Origin: Octopus vulgaris
Lineage: Eukaryota
Direction: 5' to 3'
Length of the DNA stretch: 64,000 nucleotides
Assembly: GCA_951406725.2 (NCBI GenBank)
Contig: OX597815.1
Coordinates: forward strand, 78,864,001-78,928,000
The translations under genes were made by a program, and so were the position numbers. A model generated the notes under the pieces. It saw only the letters and a program-made list of their open reading frames with translations, was not told where the DNA came from and did not search any database. Below, one piece after another: positions 38,326 through 51,159 of the stretch; the stretch's first letter is position 1; the number at the start of each line of letters is the position of its first letter.

Positions 38326-38443
38326 TATAGCCCTGAAAGAAGGGAGAATTGAGCAGATTCACATAGTTTCTCTTTTGGCCAAGCATGGTATGTTTTCTCG
38401 CATCATGGACTTCATATGGACGGCTTGGGAGGATCACTCTGAT
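38326..38443 (+). CDS. THADA: THADA exon 11 (GIALKEG...IMDFIWTAWEDHSD)
   Basis: ctcaacag| ... |gtgagt; phase 2 to 0; resembles LLEYVYTHWEHPLD. Confidence 0.9.
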
Positions 38444-38759
38444 GTGAGTAGAATTGTAGTACTTTTTAACTTCTTTCTTTTGCTTACACTTCATTAAATT
38501 TGTCTTCGAGTTATATGATGGTTAATACTGCTAATATATTATATTAACATGTTGCCACATGTATGTGTGCGTGTATTTGGAGGTGGGGATTGTTAAGAAG
38601 CTTCCTTCCCAGCTATGTGGTCTTGGGTTCAGTCCCACTATACGCACCTTAGGCAATTGTTTTAACTCTGGCTCTGGGCCAACCAAAGTCATGTGAGTGG
38701 ATTTAGTAAATGGAAACTGAAAGAAGCCCATTGTGTTTATATGTGTGTGTTTGTACTGA

Positions 38760-39055
38760 AGGCATGTGGCTTAGTAGTTAGGGTACTTGATTCATGATCA
38801 TCAGGTCATAAGTTCAATTCCTGGCACTGCATTGTGTCCTTGAGCAAGACATTTTCTTTCACATTGCTCCAGTCCACTCAGCTGGCAAAAATGAATTGTA
38901 CTTGTATTTCAAAGGACCAGCCTTGTCACATTCTCCTTGAGAACTATGTTAAGGGTTCATGTGTCTGTGGAGTGTTCAGCCACTTGCACATTAATTTCAT
39001 GAGCAGGTTGTCCCATTGATTGGATCAACTGGAACCCTACCAATGAAGTGCCAGT
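38760..39055 (+). mobile_element. tRNA-derived SINE family C. Related copies at about 14105, 31360(-), 32100, 61450(-), 63840
   Basis: ggcttagtagttaggg A-box, agttcaattcc B-box, tgtgtccttgagcaagaca..ccagtccactcagctggcaaaaatg core. Confidence 0.8.
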
Positions 39056-40339
39056 CTCTTTGTGTACATTATGTATGTACCCACCCACCCTTGTCATAAC
39101 ATTATGTGATGGTTGTAAAAGAACATCACTGTCAACGCAAGTGATGTTGGGAAAGTGGATGTTAAATATTGATATTTACCCATCTGCTTTTTATATTGGT
39201 TTGAGTTGCCTGTTTTGACAAGATCCAATGGATCTGAGGGCTACATTTTGCTCCAGGGTCTCAGTTTTGCGTTTTGGCATGATATATGTATGTGTGTCTG
39301 TTTGCACACATACAGGAATGGACACCAGATACACAAAAGTCTCCCACCCAATAGAGATGAGAAAGGACCACAACAAAAGGTGAAATATGGTGTCGGAGAA
39401 GACATGCTCACACAAGCCTGCCAAAACAGATGTTAAAATGGTGGTGATGGTGATAGAGGTGAGGAGGTATAACATGTACATGTAAATCTTTCTCTCATTA
39501 AGTTCTTAGGTCTTCGTTTACTATGCTCCCCATCTCTTTGCCCCCCCCCATGTATGACTTCGTCTCTCTCTTATCATTGTTACAATGGATAACATCAGAT
39601 CTTCCTTGTTTAATCCTCCTGCCACGATCCTTTTCTATCACTCTCATTCTCTCCCCATTAATCCCTCCCAAATCACCAATTGTTGACATCATTTTTTCTC
39701 TTTCCCTCATACCATCAGCTGCTCTACCATCATTCATCTTTGTCGCTGTTTATTACTCTTTCTCTCTTACATTGCACTCTCCATTATCACTCTCTCCCAC
39801 CAGTCACTTTCATTTCATTTACTCTCTCCTATTTCCCTGCCTTTCTCCTTCCTCCTATTTCTCTTTTTTAATTATACTGCTCATACTGTTTTTCTATTTA
39901 ATTTTCTTACCAACATCTTATCATTCTCTCTTTCATTACTGCCTCCTCTGTCACCTCACTCTTATTACTATTTTTTCTGTCACCCTCTTGACTCAGTTCT
40001 GTTTTCTATTCTTCCTCATTAGTCTTGCCAAGTACAAGATAACCTCTCTGGAGGTTCTGATATGATAAAATGTACCAGTACATATTGTAAAGTGGTTGGC
40101 GTTAGGAAGAGCATCCAACTGAAGAAACTATGTCAAAGAAATAAAACATAGGTGTAAGATACAGTTTCTTTCCCACCTGGAGGGCAGTCATTCCAATTAA
40201 GACATGTCTCAGACTGATGATTCATCTAACCCATACTAACATGGAAAATAAATGTAAAATAATGATAAATTGATGAAACAGAAACTGCACTGAACTACTG
40301 TTGTTTGTGTGTGGTTGATTTAATCAGTCATCTGATTTA

Positions 40340-40910
40340 ACACCACCATCTGACCATTGTTGGATCCTTTAGCAGACTCTATTCTGTTGCAGCCATTTGG
40401 TCCATTTATCCAGCCTGAGGATTATTTCATCTTTTCCTCCCAACAACCTTGGAGGTTGTAAGAGGATCATGTGAGCTACTCTTTTGAACTTACATAAGCC
40501 CTTTACTCCCTGTAGAGCATAGACCATCAGCAACTTATCTCCTTTGTTCTTGACCATGGGCTGTCTTTTGTGCTTCTCTCCAGTTGGAACTCTGCTTTTC
40601 CCTTGCAGTTTCTTTTTAGATTTTGCTACACCATGTCATGTTTCCCTAAGGGAAGGCCTATCTCGATCATGTCTTGTTGGTTTTGAATTGTCATCAATAC
40701 TTCTGTAACTTTACTTTTTTCTCAGTAGGGCTGTTGACCCTAAGCAAACCCATTTTCACTTCTGGGAAGAGATAGTCCATATTTGTCTGGCTTCTATCCT
40801 TTGACCTGACCAGCATGGGAGGCCCTATCAGGAGCTTGAGCTTCACTGGCATAGCTCTCAGGATCATTGAGGTGCACAAGCCACCACAATGTAACAAGGA
40901 CAGGACCTTG
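40340..40910 (-). mobile_element. Decayed, internally deleted RTE-like LINE
   Basis: Minus strand gcttgtgcacctcaatgatcctgagagctatgcc..gggcctcccatgctggtcaggtc resembles RTE-clade 5' leaders as recalled. Confidence 0.45.
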
Positions 40911-40963
40911 TGGATTCTTCTTCTGTGGCTGACATATAAATATTTTTTTAAGACACAATCTAT

Positions 40964-42117
40964 TGTTACGAAACGGAATCACCCGTCGTCGCCCGTCCCG
41001 AACGGCTCACACAAGTTCCGCCACGGAACCCAAAGAGGCGGAGAGAGGAGATACAGATAGATACTGCCACAACCCCAACAGCACAGAGATACAGAGGCAC
41101 AACCCGAGATACAACCCAAAGAGGCAAGGCAACAACTGGCAACACTGGCTTATATTCAAACAACAGTTTATACGACAATTACAATTGTTACAACATCAAG
41201 ATACATCAAAGCATGCACGTGACTACTCAATACATAATACAACAGATCAAAGCATAATACAACATCATGTAACAATTCAAAAGTACACGTCCCAAGACAA
41301 CAAGTCCTTTACTCTTCTTCTTCACAATGTCCTTTATCGACCACATCGACAGAGTCCTTCTTTTTCTCTCTCTTTCTTTTCTTTTACAGTCTCTTTACCT
41401 CGTGACACATATCAATGCACAAACACATACCTCAATTCCTAATTGAATCTGCCAGTGTCCCATTCCTCTCAATACTGCTAATTCCTCTGAATACTGCTAA
41501 TTCCCTTCTGTGCCGCCAAGCTTTCTCGCATCCAACTTGCTCCTAAGAATTCCAACGCTTGCTCCTTAAATCCAAGGTCCGTCTGTCTTCTTCGAGGACC
41601 GGCCAGTGACCGCAAGATCCGTCTGTGTTCTTCGACGACCGCTCAACGACTGCCAAGACCTCCTTCGTCTCTGTCCTTCTTCCACTCCCTCATCTCCCTC
41701 TGTACCGCTCATACCCTCTCTAACTGCCCTGCTCCCTTCCTGCCTATCTCTATCCTCAATCTGTCCCTTACTGCTTATCCTTTCTATTTGCCCTCTGCTC
41801 TTACTCTATCGCTATCGCCTACTGTCCCTTACCCTCTCATGACAGCTCTACCATACTCTCTGCCTGTCCTTCTCTCTTACTGTCAATACCCTCTCCATCT
41901 GCTCTTAGATTCCCTTAATCTGTCCCTTTTCTCTTTCACTTCTCACTGACCCTCTTCTCAACCGCACGAGGTCACAGGTCCTTCCAAAACCCATCAGTCC
42001 TCCATTAGACAAAGAACCCGTCACATTTCACCAGACATCATGGTGCCATTATTCCTATGTGGGTCACCAGAAACACTACACTAATTAAACCCGAAATGCA
42101 CTTAGCCAACCGTAACA
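40964..42117. mobile_element. Solo LTR in THADA intron 11
   Basis: TGTTACG...CGTAACA termini; TSD CTAT (40960-63 / 42118-21); CpG-rich relative to the host intron. Confidence 0.85.
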
Positions 42118-42307
42118 CTATAGTGTAATCAATAACATAACTGATATGTAGGTGATTGGTACTTCACTCGAGTCCCTTCACTGAGCTTATTACAGTTTTC
42201 TGTTTCAAATTAGTTCTTGTAATGTTTAGTGCTTGTTTGAATATTGCGTGTGTATTTTATTTGTTTATTATTCTATTGAATTGATTTTGATTTTACACTT
42301 CTTTCAG

Positions 42308-42380
42308 GCTATACGATTGACTGCCAGGAACATATTCCAGAACATGGTTATTATATATCAACATGCTACTATTGCCCATG
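42308..42380 (+). CDS. THADA: THADA exon 12 (AIRLTARNIFQNMVIIYQHATIAH)
   Basis: cttctttcag| ... ATG|gtaagt; phase 0 to 1; resembles ALRHQTKIMFKN. Confidence 0.9.
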
Positions 42381-43507
42381 GTAAGTCTAGTTAGAACTTA
42401 TTTTTATTATGGGTAAGTTAGTGTTAGCCCCATCTCAGTTTCTTATAAGCCTAGTTGCTGTTGCTGTTTCATACTATATCAGCCCTGATTGAACTGACTA
42501 ATGATCAAAGTTGATCCAGCCATAACCATCCTACTTTTTATTTTTCAGGCATAATATATCTATAATTTCATTATTCAATGTGTCCTTCCTTTTTGTCAAC
42601 AGCAGAGGGTGTTGTATCTGATATTTCTAACAGTTTAAGCCATCACATAGTCCAGTCTTATGAGATGTGTGCATTTGTGTGTGTGCGTGTGTGTGTATGT
42701 AGATGCATGTGTGTGTTTGTGTTCCCTTGTCTTGACATTACACAGCATTCATAAACTGAGCATCACAACCATATAAATGGTAGTGTTTGTTTGCAATCTT
42801 CTGTGACATGTCAGATCATGAGGAAATAGTAACTTACTTGGAAACAGGTGATGGTTGGCAACAGGAAGGGCATCCAACCACAGAAAACCTGCTCCAACAA
42901 ATTCTGTCTAACCCATGCAAGCATGGTAAAGTTGGGTGATGGTTGTGGCCACATCATTAAAAAACTAACTAGAAATAGATACACTGTGAGAAAAAACCAA
43001 CATTATTATTGTTTATAAGGCAAGTATAGAAGACAACTGCTAATATGTTTTGGCTTTATTTTCACCCCAGGGAATTATAACCTTCATGATACTTGCCCAA
43101 GTAGTGATGATATACTCACTAAGTAAATGGACAAGACTGCATACATTTATTGACACATGAAAACAGTGTTGTTTAGAAAGAAATTAAATGATTTTTCTTT
43201 CTCTGACTTGGTCTGGAAGAAAGGGCAATACCTATCGCCCTTTTATAAGACGTTCAAGAACAGTAGAAGGCGGGGAGGGAAAAAGGTATCCTGAAACTGG
43301 AGACCTGGCCTTAATGTTTGCAACAGAGAATTCTGCTAAAGGTGCCTAATAAAACAGTAAACTGCCTGATCTCTGACTTGTCATATATTTGATTAGGAAC
43401 TTCTCGACTTTAATTTTGTCCATTGTTTTTACTAATTTTTCTTCATTATTCTCCAAATTCGAGTGTCTAATGTCTATCAAATTTAGAAGACATAATGATT
43501 TCGAAAA

Positions 43508-43580
43508 GGTTGCTTTGGTATAATGGTAGAACATCTATCATGTTTACAGAAGATGTGGGCTTGAGTCCCACAGGCAGCCT
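43508..43580 (+). pseudogene. tRNA-Thr(TGT)-like pseudogene; second, more decayed copy at about 43714-43784
   Basis: GGTTGCT/GGCAGCC acceptor stem, TGGTATAATGGTAG A-box, GTGGG cttgagt CCCAC T-arm, TGT at the anticodon position, T-run downstream; mismatches in the D and anticodon arms. Confidence 0.55.
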
Positions 43581-43929
43581 TTGACTTTTTTTATTCAAGA
43601 AGTTTTTTAACACAATATTCTACATGCTTTTAACTATTTTAAATTCCACCATTAAAAAAAATGAATTATTTCATATCTCTTGAAGTTTCTAAAATAGATG
43701 AAAAATATTTGAAAGATTATTTTGGTACAATGGTAGAACATCTGTTTTGTTTATAGATGAGAATATGAGTCACATGACCAGCCTTTAGCATTTTCTATCC
43801 AAAAGGTTTTTTAACCCAATATCCTACTTTGAGATACACTGTTATGAATGCGATTTATTTCATATCTCTCAAAATTTCTAAATATCTTATGATGTGAATA
43901 ATGAATTGTATTTATTCCTATCATTTCAG

Positions 43930-44126
43930 AGCCTGGAAGCAATATGGAGTTTGTGTCTGAGTTAACCGTCAGGCTGCTCCAAGATATCAGCTGGAGCAGT
44001 AAAGGAAAATATGGTGCTTTGTGCTGCCTAGTTAACCAGTTTGGTTCTAAAGCTATTTTACAATTGGAACCTAATATAACTGATTCCATCTTGCAACAAA
44101 TGAAAGAACATCAATTGGCATCGTAT
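43930..44126 (+). CDS. THADA: THADA exon 13 (EPGSNMEFVSELT...WSSKGKYGALCCLV...LASY)
   Basis: catttcag| ... |gtaagt; conserved WxxKGKYxxLxCLV motif. Confidence 0.93.
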
Positions 44127-45140
44127 GTAAGTGTTTATCTTAACTCTATAACATTATTTATTCACTTTCTCTAATGTATGGGTTGGATTGTTCTTCAAAT
44201 CCATGCACTGAATCTGGCCAATTAAGATTCTAAATTACTGGAAACCTGCTGTCATGATTGTTGTGATTTAATTCCATGTCCACATTGATTAAATATTCAA
44301 AGGTATTCTGGCATTGACAATTCTGTCTTTTCAGAGACATAGAACTCTATTACTTAATGCATTCTACTATAATTTTATTCTGATCTAGAATGCTCTACAA
44401 GAATATTAAATCAACACAGTACTTGACCGGTGCTTTATTATATTAACCTCAGAAGGATGAAAAACAGAGTTGAACTTGGCAGTATTTGAGTTCAGAACAT
44501 AAAAGGCCAAATTAAACACTACAAACCTAGAATGATATTATCTGATGTGTCTTTTCCATAAGATGGTATGGTGTGATTTTAGTGAGATTTAGCTGCTGTT
44601 TTTAACATTTTGAATGACTATGTAGAGGTTACGTCATTGGCTTGAGCTTTGATTATTGTTTCATATTGTATTTGTAGGAGAGGCAATGTTATTTGCTTCA
44701 TTTGATTTAGCTGAAAACTGATGCCTTAACTTCTTTATGCTTAACTCTATCTGTTAGAAAATCATTTGTCTTTACAACATTTTCAACACCAACACTTCAT
44801 GTAAAATAAGGAATTAGAGAGACCTGTAGGTATACTAACCTGATAGAAAAGTCTCCATCAAAATCATTGAACTGGCATTCCTATTTGCTTCGTTTTGGCA
44901 CTGACATTTGCCTTTGCTTCATTGTAGGGGTGAAATAACAGTAAATAAGTATTAAATTCATAGTTTATGGAACATTAGTTTATATACACTGAAGGCATTT
45001 TGCTGGGTCTAACAGTAATAGGTTTGTCTAATCTTCATAAAATCTAGTTGAAAGGAATATGTACTGGGTTTTGTGAGAATGTTAGGATGAGGAGGAGGTT
45101 TGATGTATGAGAAGCTTGTTGTGTGGTGAGTTGGTAGAAA

Positions 45141-45377
45141 AAAAGGTGGCGGGCTGGCAGAAACATTAGCACGCCGAGCGAAATGCTTAGCAGTATTTCG
45201 TCTGCCGTTACGTTCTGAGTTCAAATTCCGCTGAGGTCGACTTTGCCTTTCATCCTTTCGGGGTCGATTAAATAAGTACCAGTTACGCACTGGGGGTCAA
45301 TGTAATCGACTTAATCCCTTTGTCTGTCCTTGTTTGTCCCCTCTATATTTAGCCCCTTGTGGGCAATAAAGAAATAA
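45141..45377 (+). mobile_element. Young full-length SINE B with 13-bp TSD
   Basis: GAGTTGGTAGAAA at 45128-40 and 45378-90. Confidence 0.92.
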
Positions 45378-46122
45378 GAGTTGGTAGAAATAATGGTTTA
45401 CTGAACTAAATATATTATAATGTTTAGGCACAGGCATGGTTTGCTTCCCAATCACATGGTTTCAGTTTTAGTTCCATTGCATCATGGTACCTTTGGCAAG
45501 TGTTCTCTACTATAGCCCAAAGCTGCCATGCTGAACAAAATCTTGTGAGTGGATTTGGTGGACAGAAACTGAAAAAAGCCTGTTGTGTGAGTGTGTGTGT
45601 GTGCATGCATGTGTGTGTGTGTTTCTGTCTCCTTGTCTTGACATTGAATGATAGTTGTAAACGAGTGTCATTGTCATACATTCATTGTCATCCATTTCTG
45701 ATATTCTACAAAAACATATCTGGTCATATTACCTTACTTGGAAATAGGTGAGGGTTAGTGACAAGAAGATCATCCGAACATAGAAAATCTACCTCAATAA
45801 ACTCCATCTGACCAGTGCAGGTATGGAAAATGGACATTAAAATGTTGATGATGTAGTTTTGTCTCACTATCTTTTGAATTCAAATCCTGCCAAGACTCAG
45901 TTTCATTCTTTGTATCTCAGAGAATTGAGGAGATAACACTGGGCTAAATTCAGTCCAACTGTTCTTTCAAAAATTGACCTTGTGTGAAGGGAAGAAATCA
46001 TTTTATGGAGTCAGTTATATAGTTGTCCAATTCTAAAAATACTGTGTTTAGTTTATGAAAGTAATTTCTCCAGACCCTTTTGGTAATTTAATTTCAAAAT
46101 TATTTAATTCTTCTACATACAG

Positions 46123-46350
46123 GCAAGTGAACTCTATGAGAAACTTTTACAGAAACACCAGCAGGAACTCTGGGTTAATAAGTGTAAAGAATGTGGTTCC
46201 ACTATGAAGAGTGTGAAGGACGGGAAGAATACATCTGGTGAATTGTGCTGCAGTCAGAGACAGGCTTGGTGCCACCAATGGATTCAACCTGTTGTTCATC
46301 TTCTTTGTACAGAATCAATTGAATCTAAGCTAAATATCCATATTACAGAA
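46123..46350 (+). CDS. THADA: THADA exon 14 (ASELYEKLLQKH...WCHQWIQPVVHLLC...HITE)
   Basis: catacag| ... |gtcagt; 228 nt, phase 0 to 0; resembles ASDLLETMF...WHETWVSPLL. Confidence 0.9.
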
Positions 46351-47162
46351 GTCAGTATAATATTTTATCATTTCATTTCTAAACTCTTCTCTTTCAAACA
46401 TTCCATGAGATTAACACCACAATGGTTAGCCAATGCACTTATTGACATTTAAACTGTTTCACCATGAATTTCTGGTGGTTATTAGTAACTGTTTACTAAC
46501 TTTTTTATCTGTTGACTGCCATGCCTTTTGGTCATTACTTGTATTTATTTCTGTATTCATCAACCACTCATTAACCATGACATCTGTTGGTCAGTGTATA
46601 TATATGTTTGCTGGTATGTCCTTTTATGTTTGTTACAATAAATTTTTGCTGGGTTTAGTCAAAGAAAAAAAGGGTAATACCTGTAATATTGAAAGACCTC
46701 TGAGACTTGTGATAGAAAGAGAAGATTACCTTGATATCCTCAGTCTTGAGATCAAATCTGTTCGCTTGCAACTGAGGGGTCTCTTCTGAAGACATCCTAG
46801 AGCCAAATAATGTGGTTAAACTAGACAATAATTGAGTCTACTGCTCAAGGATAGTGCATTTGGCAAGCTACTACACAGTTTCTGTTTACCTGAAGCTTGG
46901 ATTGAGTTTGTGGTTGAAGATACATGTCCATAGGGACGTTGGAGCAACATAAAGTTACATGAAACAAACTTCTTAATTACAATGCTCTGTCTGTACCAAG
47001 TTTATTGATCTCCATGTCTGTTGGTTACTACATCTGTTGGTCACCATACATATGACTCATAATGTTTATTTGTAGTTGTACATATTAGACACTAATACTA
47101 CTTCACCAGCAGTATCAGCATCAATGGTAACAATACAGTAAATTCTTAATTTCTATTGACAG

Positions 47163-47250
47163 TATTTATTACCAAAGTTATTGAAAAGCAGCAGGCATGT
47201 CTTGGAGTTTATGGTACAAGCAATATGGCCAACAAGGCAGCATGTTCAAG
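47163..47250 (+). CDS. THADA: THADA exon 15 (YLLPKLLKSSRHVLEFMVQAIWPTRQHVQ)
   Basis: attgacag| ... AAG|gtaaat; resembles YYLPKLL. Confidence 0.92.
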
Positions 47251-48872
47251 GTAAATACATTATTTTATAAAAAATAGTTCTTGGTTCCTAGTCAAGTACT
47301 GAGTACCTTCTTTTGTAGCAGGGTTTTTTTTTATATAGAGCAATTAGCTATGCAACAATTCTGTTTTTAGCTCCATCCACCCATTTTCTCTGCCCACTTT
47401 TCCTGGGAGCATTGTTGGGTTAGAGTCTTCAGACACCTCTTCCGTAGTGTCCTGTTAGAGGCAACCATCATTACACTTTCCTTTTCCAATTAACTGTTGT
47501 TCCCTCCTGGACTTACTTCAGGGTCCCAGGATACACATTCTTTGTACTACCACCCTATGCCTCCCAGAATAAGTTGGAGACTTATTGCTGGTTGTACTAG
47601 GAAGGTCACCTCTATCTAAGAACATGTCCCTTGTTAACCTGCACAGCAGACAATGTGGTATGGTTATTTTTTGCACCCTTTTCATGTTCCACCTTTTGAT
47701 GGTCTTATCTGCACCAGGCATCAAGCTGGTATTTGTTTTGGACCCACTATATCTTTAAACAATTTTTCCTATATTTTCACTAAGAAGATGGATTATTTGA
47801 GGAATTGTTTGGCTATCCTTCCTAACTCTGACCATTTTATTCACTCAGTGTAGTTTGATTAAAGTCATGTGATAGTTTTTGAGTAATTAATTTTACAGCT
47901 ATTGTATCAGAGGAATTGTTTTTACAGGTGGGTGCCTTTCCTCCTGTTAATTACTTCATGGTGGAGTCAAGCAAAAAATAGAGCAAGCAGACTTCTAAGT
48001 CACTGACAACTTTGACTGTTCCTCTATCAACCTTCATAGGGTCTCTGTCAGTCAAAGTTGACTATGTATCTGCTATGTATGCACCTGCCTGAGCAAAGTA
48101 GGTTTCTTAAGAAAAACTTGCAGTTGCCTATATATGCAGCTCTCCCTTGTCTACACTCCTGATGTTGATGTTTATCCCAGGGTAAGACTGCTAACTTCGA
48201 TTAATACAGCTTGGCACCTGTGTCACTGCAGATATTGCCCTGAGAATGCAAATAGCCAGGAGATATACTGCAAAGTATCTCACCCAAATCTCTAACAGTT
48301 CTGCCAATCTATTACCCTGGATTTGTAATTCTCTTTTGACTCTGAAAAGACCAAATGTAAAGTTTACCTCAGCAGGATTTGAACTCAGGTTACTGTGAAT
48401 CAGAATAAGTTCTGTGAAGCATTCTATCCAACACTTTAATGACTCTGCCAATTGGCCTCTACCAACCATTTCTATTTGTAAACTCCGGAAATCCACTATA
48501 TGTAGGTAAAATCATCTGTCAGCCAGGTATCACTTTGACATGTGCCTACTTGAGACTCACAAATAACACTCCAAGTAATCCCCTAACTTGAGGCTAGACA
48601 TTTTAATTTATCAAGCTTCTCTGAAGACTATTTCTCAGTTCATAGTCATTGTACACCCAAAGACAGCGATGAAAATAACTTGTTTCTCTGCAGATATTAA
48701 TGAATTCCTTCTATTGTCCTGCTTGACTACTTTAACATGTTTGCAGTTGGGCAACTTTTATTATACAATTTTTTTCTCTTCTCCTAACTTTAACTTGCTC
48801 TTTGGACAATTTTTAAAACTTCTTACCGCCCTCTCTTTCTCAATTGCCAGCATTTTTATTTGCATTTTACAG

Positions 48873-49051
48873 ATAACACATTTAAACAGTTTACAAATCT
48901 TGGAGCTTTGCTGACGTGCTTACGGAGAGCCAAATCTATTGGAGTTTTATATCAGCTTCCTAAATCAACTGATGTCAGAGACAACGAAAACTGGAATGGA
49001 GTTGTTCCATTTTCTGTTTTGAATATTGCTCTTAATCATTTAAATAATCAG
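48873..49051 (+). CDS. THADA: THADA exon 16 (DNTFKQFTNLGALLTCLRRAK...LNHLNNQ)
   Basis: ttttacag| ... CAG|gtattt; resembles LGALMACLRIAR. Confidence 0.92.
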
Positions 49052-49613
49052 GTATTTCTATTAAGCATTTTTGGTATTGATGATAGCAGATTTTGTTTTA
49101 TATTTTTGCTATTCTCTAGCATTAATTTTCAAGGGAAACTTTTTCTGGACATATTATTTTCATAGATTGTCAAATGTTTATAGCTCGGTCCAAGGTACTA
49201 ATACTACTTACTGTATCTAATAATTTGCCTATTTTTCTTTTCCTTATATTCTTTTAGTCCCGGGAAGAGAGACAGTACCCATAGCTTTCCCAGACAGTCC
49301 TAGCAGGAGTGGGAAGGTGTATAGGGACAGTTGATAGTCATTATAAAATTATATATAGATGGAGGAAAAACAGTGAAGGAGGGACTGAAGAAGACAGTCC
49401 TGATGAGGTAGGATTGGGAAGAGTGCTTATTATAGAGTTTAAGAGGGGAGAAAGAGTAATGGTGGTGGGAGGTAGAGAGAGACGAATGTGATATTTGTTT
49501 GGTGAACAATGTATATAGTGAGCAAGTTCAGAGGAGCAGCTATGGCGAAATAGTGAGTGGAAACAGAGTGAAGCATATTAATGGGTAAATAGAGATTGTT
49601 ATTGTTATTACCT

Positions 49614-49842
49614 ATTTCTTTACTACCCACAAGGGGCTAAATACAGAGGGGACAAACAAAGACAGTCACACAAATTGAGTCAATTATATCAACCCCAGTG
49701 CGTAACTGGTACTTATTTAATCGACCCCAAAAGGATGAAAGGCAAAGTCAACCTCGGTGGAATTTGAACTCAGAACGTAGCGGCAGACGAACTACGGCTA
49801 CGCATTTCGCCCGGCGTGCTAACGTTTCTGCCAGCTCATCGC
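49614..49842 (-). mobile_element. Young SINE B with 17-bp TSD
   Basis: TGTTATTGTTATTACCT at 49597-613 and 49843-59. Confidence 0.92.
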
Positions 49843-50663
49843 TGTTATTGTTATTACCTTCAGGTTAGCCCTGATCAAACAGACCTATAATGAAAGGCTC
49901 TCCAGCTATGCTCATTTTGTCTTCATTTTGAAGCATAGTTTCATTAGGGTTACATTAGCAAGTGACCTTTTATTTAACCCTTTAGTTAATGTATTTCTGT
50001 TGAAATACATAACTTTGTTTCAACTAGTTTTGAAAATAGTTGAGGATTTAGTTAACTGTCATTATTAAGCTGGTGTTTGGAACATAAATCAATATGAAAT
50101 TTGATACAAGATTTTAATATAGATCACTTTAAAATAGAAAGATTGTATTAAAGAACTAGGAGCAATCTCAGGCAGGTTGATATCAAAAAGAGTTACAATG
50201 CTGATATAATTTGAGGGAGATTTGGCTGCTATATACAGCAGGTTGAATAAATACATACAGGTTCAATCAGGTAGATAGCTTTCTTTTAAATATGGCTAAG
50301 ACTGTGAGTGCTTGAGTGAGGAACTCATGTTAAGTCACCAATGGAATACTGCTCCTGTACCTGAGATGTTCCTGTTTCTACACGTACAGATATCCTAGAT
50401 GTAGACTGCATCCAAAAACAACCTCTGTCTTACAGATGTGCTGTCTCCTCACTGCCATTTTTACTGATACTACAATGGCTTCTTCTCAGAGTTGGCAGCT
50501 ATCATGTCATCTCCTTTCAGACACATGATTAAATATTTCAAGCATGCTTTTACTGCAGCAACCTTTACATACCTACCTTATTCTAACCAGAATACTATGA
50601 GTACTTTGCTTTTGGTCAAATCACCATTAACATGTTACATGCAATGCACAACATGAAAAATGA

Positions 50664-50742
50664 AGAGTTAATTGTTAACTGATGTTCTATTCCTTAATTG
50701 ACAGTCAATTAAGGAATAGAACATCGGTTAACAATTAACTCT
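50664..50742. repeat. Near-perfect 39-bp-arm palindrome
   Basis: agagttaattgttaactgatgttctattccttaattgac-a-gtcaattaaggaatagaacatcggttaacaattaactct; single T/G mismatch. Confidence 0.95.
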
Positions 50743-50787
50743 GTCATACTTCAGATTTGTTACTCTTTCCTATCATTTTTCTTGTAG

Positions 50788-50943
50788 ATTCGTCTAGATG
50801 CCTATGCACTGTTGTGTGAGAACATCAAAATGACTGAACCTTTAACTCAAAAAGAGCTTTCTCTGTTGTTCAGTTTTATAAGACACAACATCAATAACCA
50901 AATCCCTGCTTTTCGCCAAGAACTGATTTCACATTCCAAGAAG
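50788..50943 (+). CDS. THADA: THADA exon 17 (IRLDAYALLCE...NINNQIPAFRQELISHSKK)
   Basis: tttcttgtag| ... AAG|gtgaca; resembles VRIDTLGLLCE...NLNSQSPGVRQ. Confidence 0.94.
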
Positions 50944-51159
50944 GTGACATTTTTATATATTGTGAAATCTTATTTATTTTCAAAATGTATATTTTTTTGT
51001 TTCTTTTTATGTCTTTTTTTATATCATCTTTTTTACTTAAAAGTCCTTTTGTTTATCTTTGTGTGGAAAAAAATTCATAATTTTCTGACTGAACTTTTAT
51101 ACCGAAGAATAAATCTAATTAATCCGTAGTGTGTTTGTATGTGTTTGCACATGCATGTA

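Noticed and set aside
39523-40065. 180-aa hydrophobic ORF
   Set aside because: CT-rich low-complexity intron sequence with no motif or splice support
40963-41842. ORFs of 159 and 78 aa
   Set aside because: Lie within a solo LTR; no gag/pol motifs
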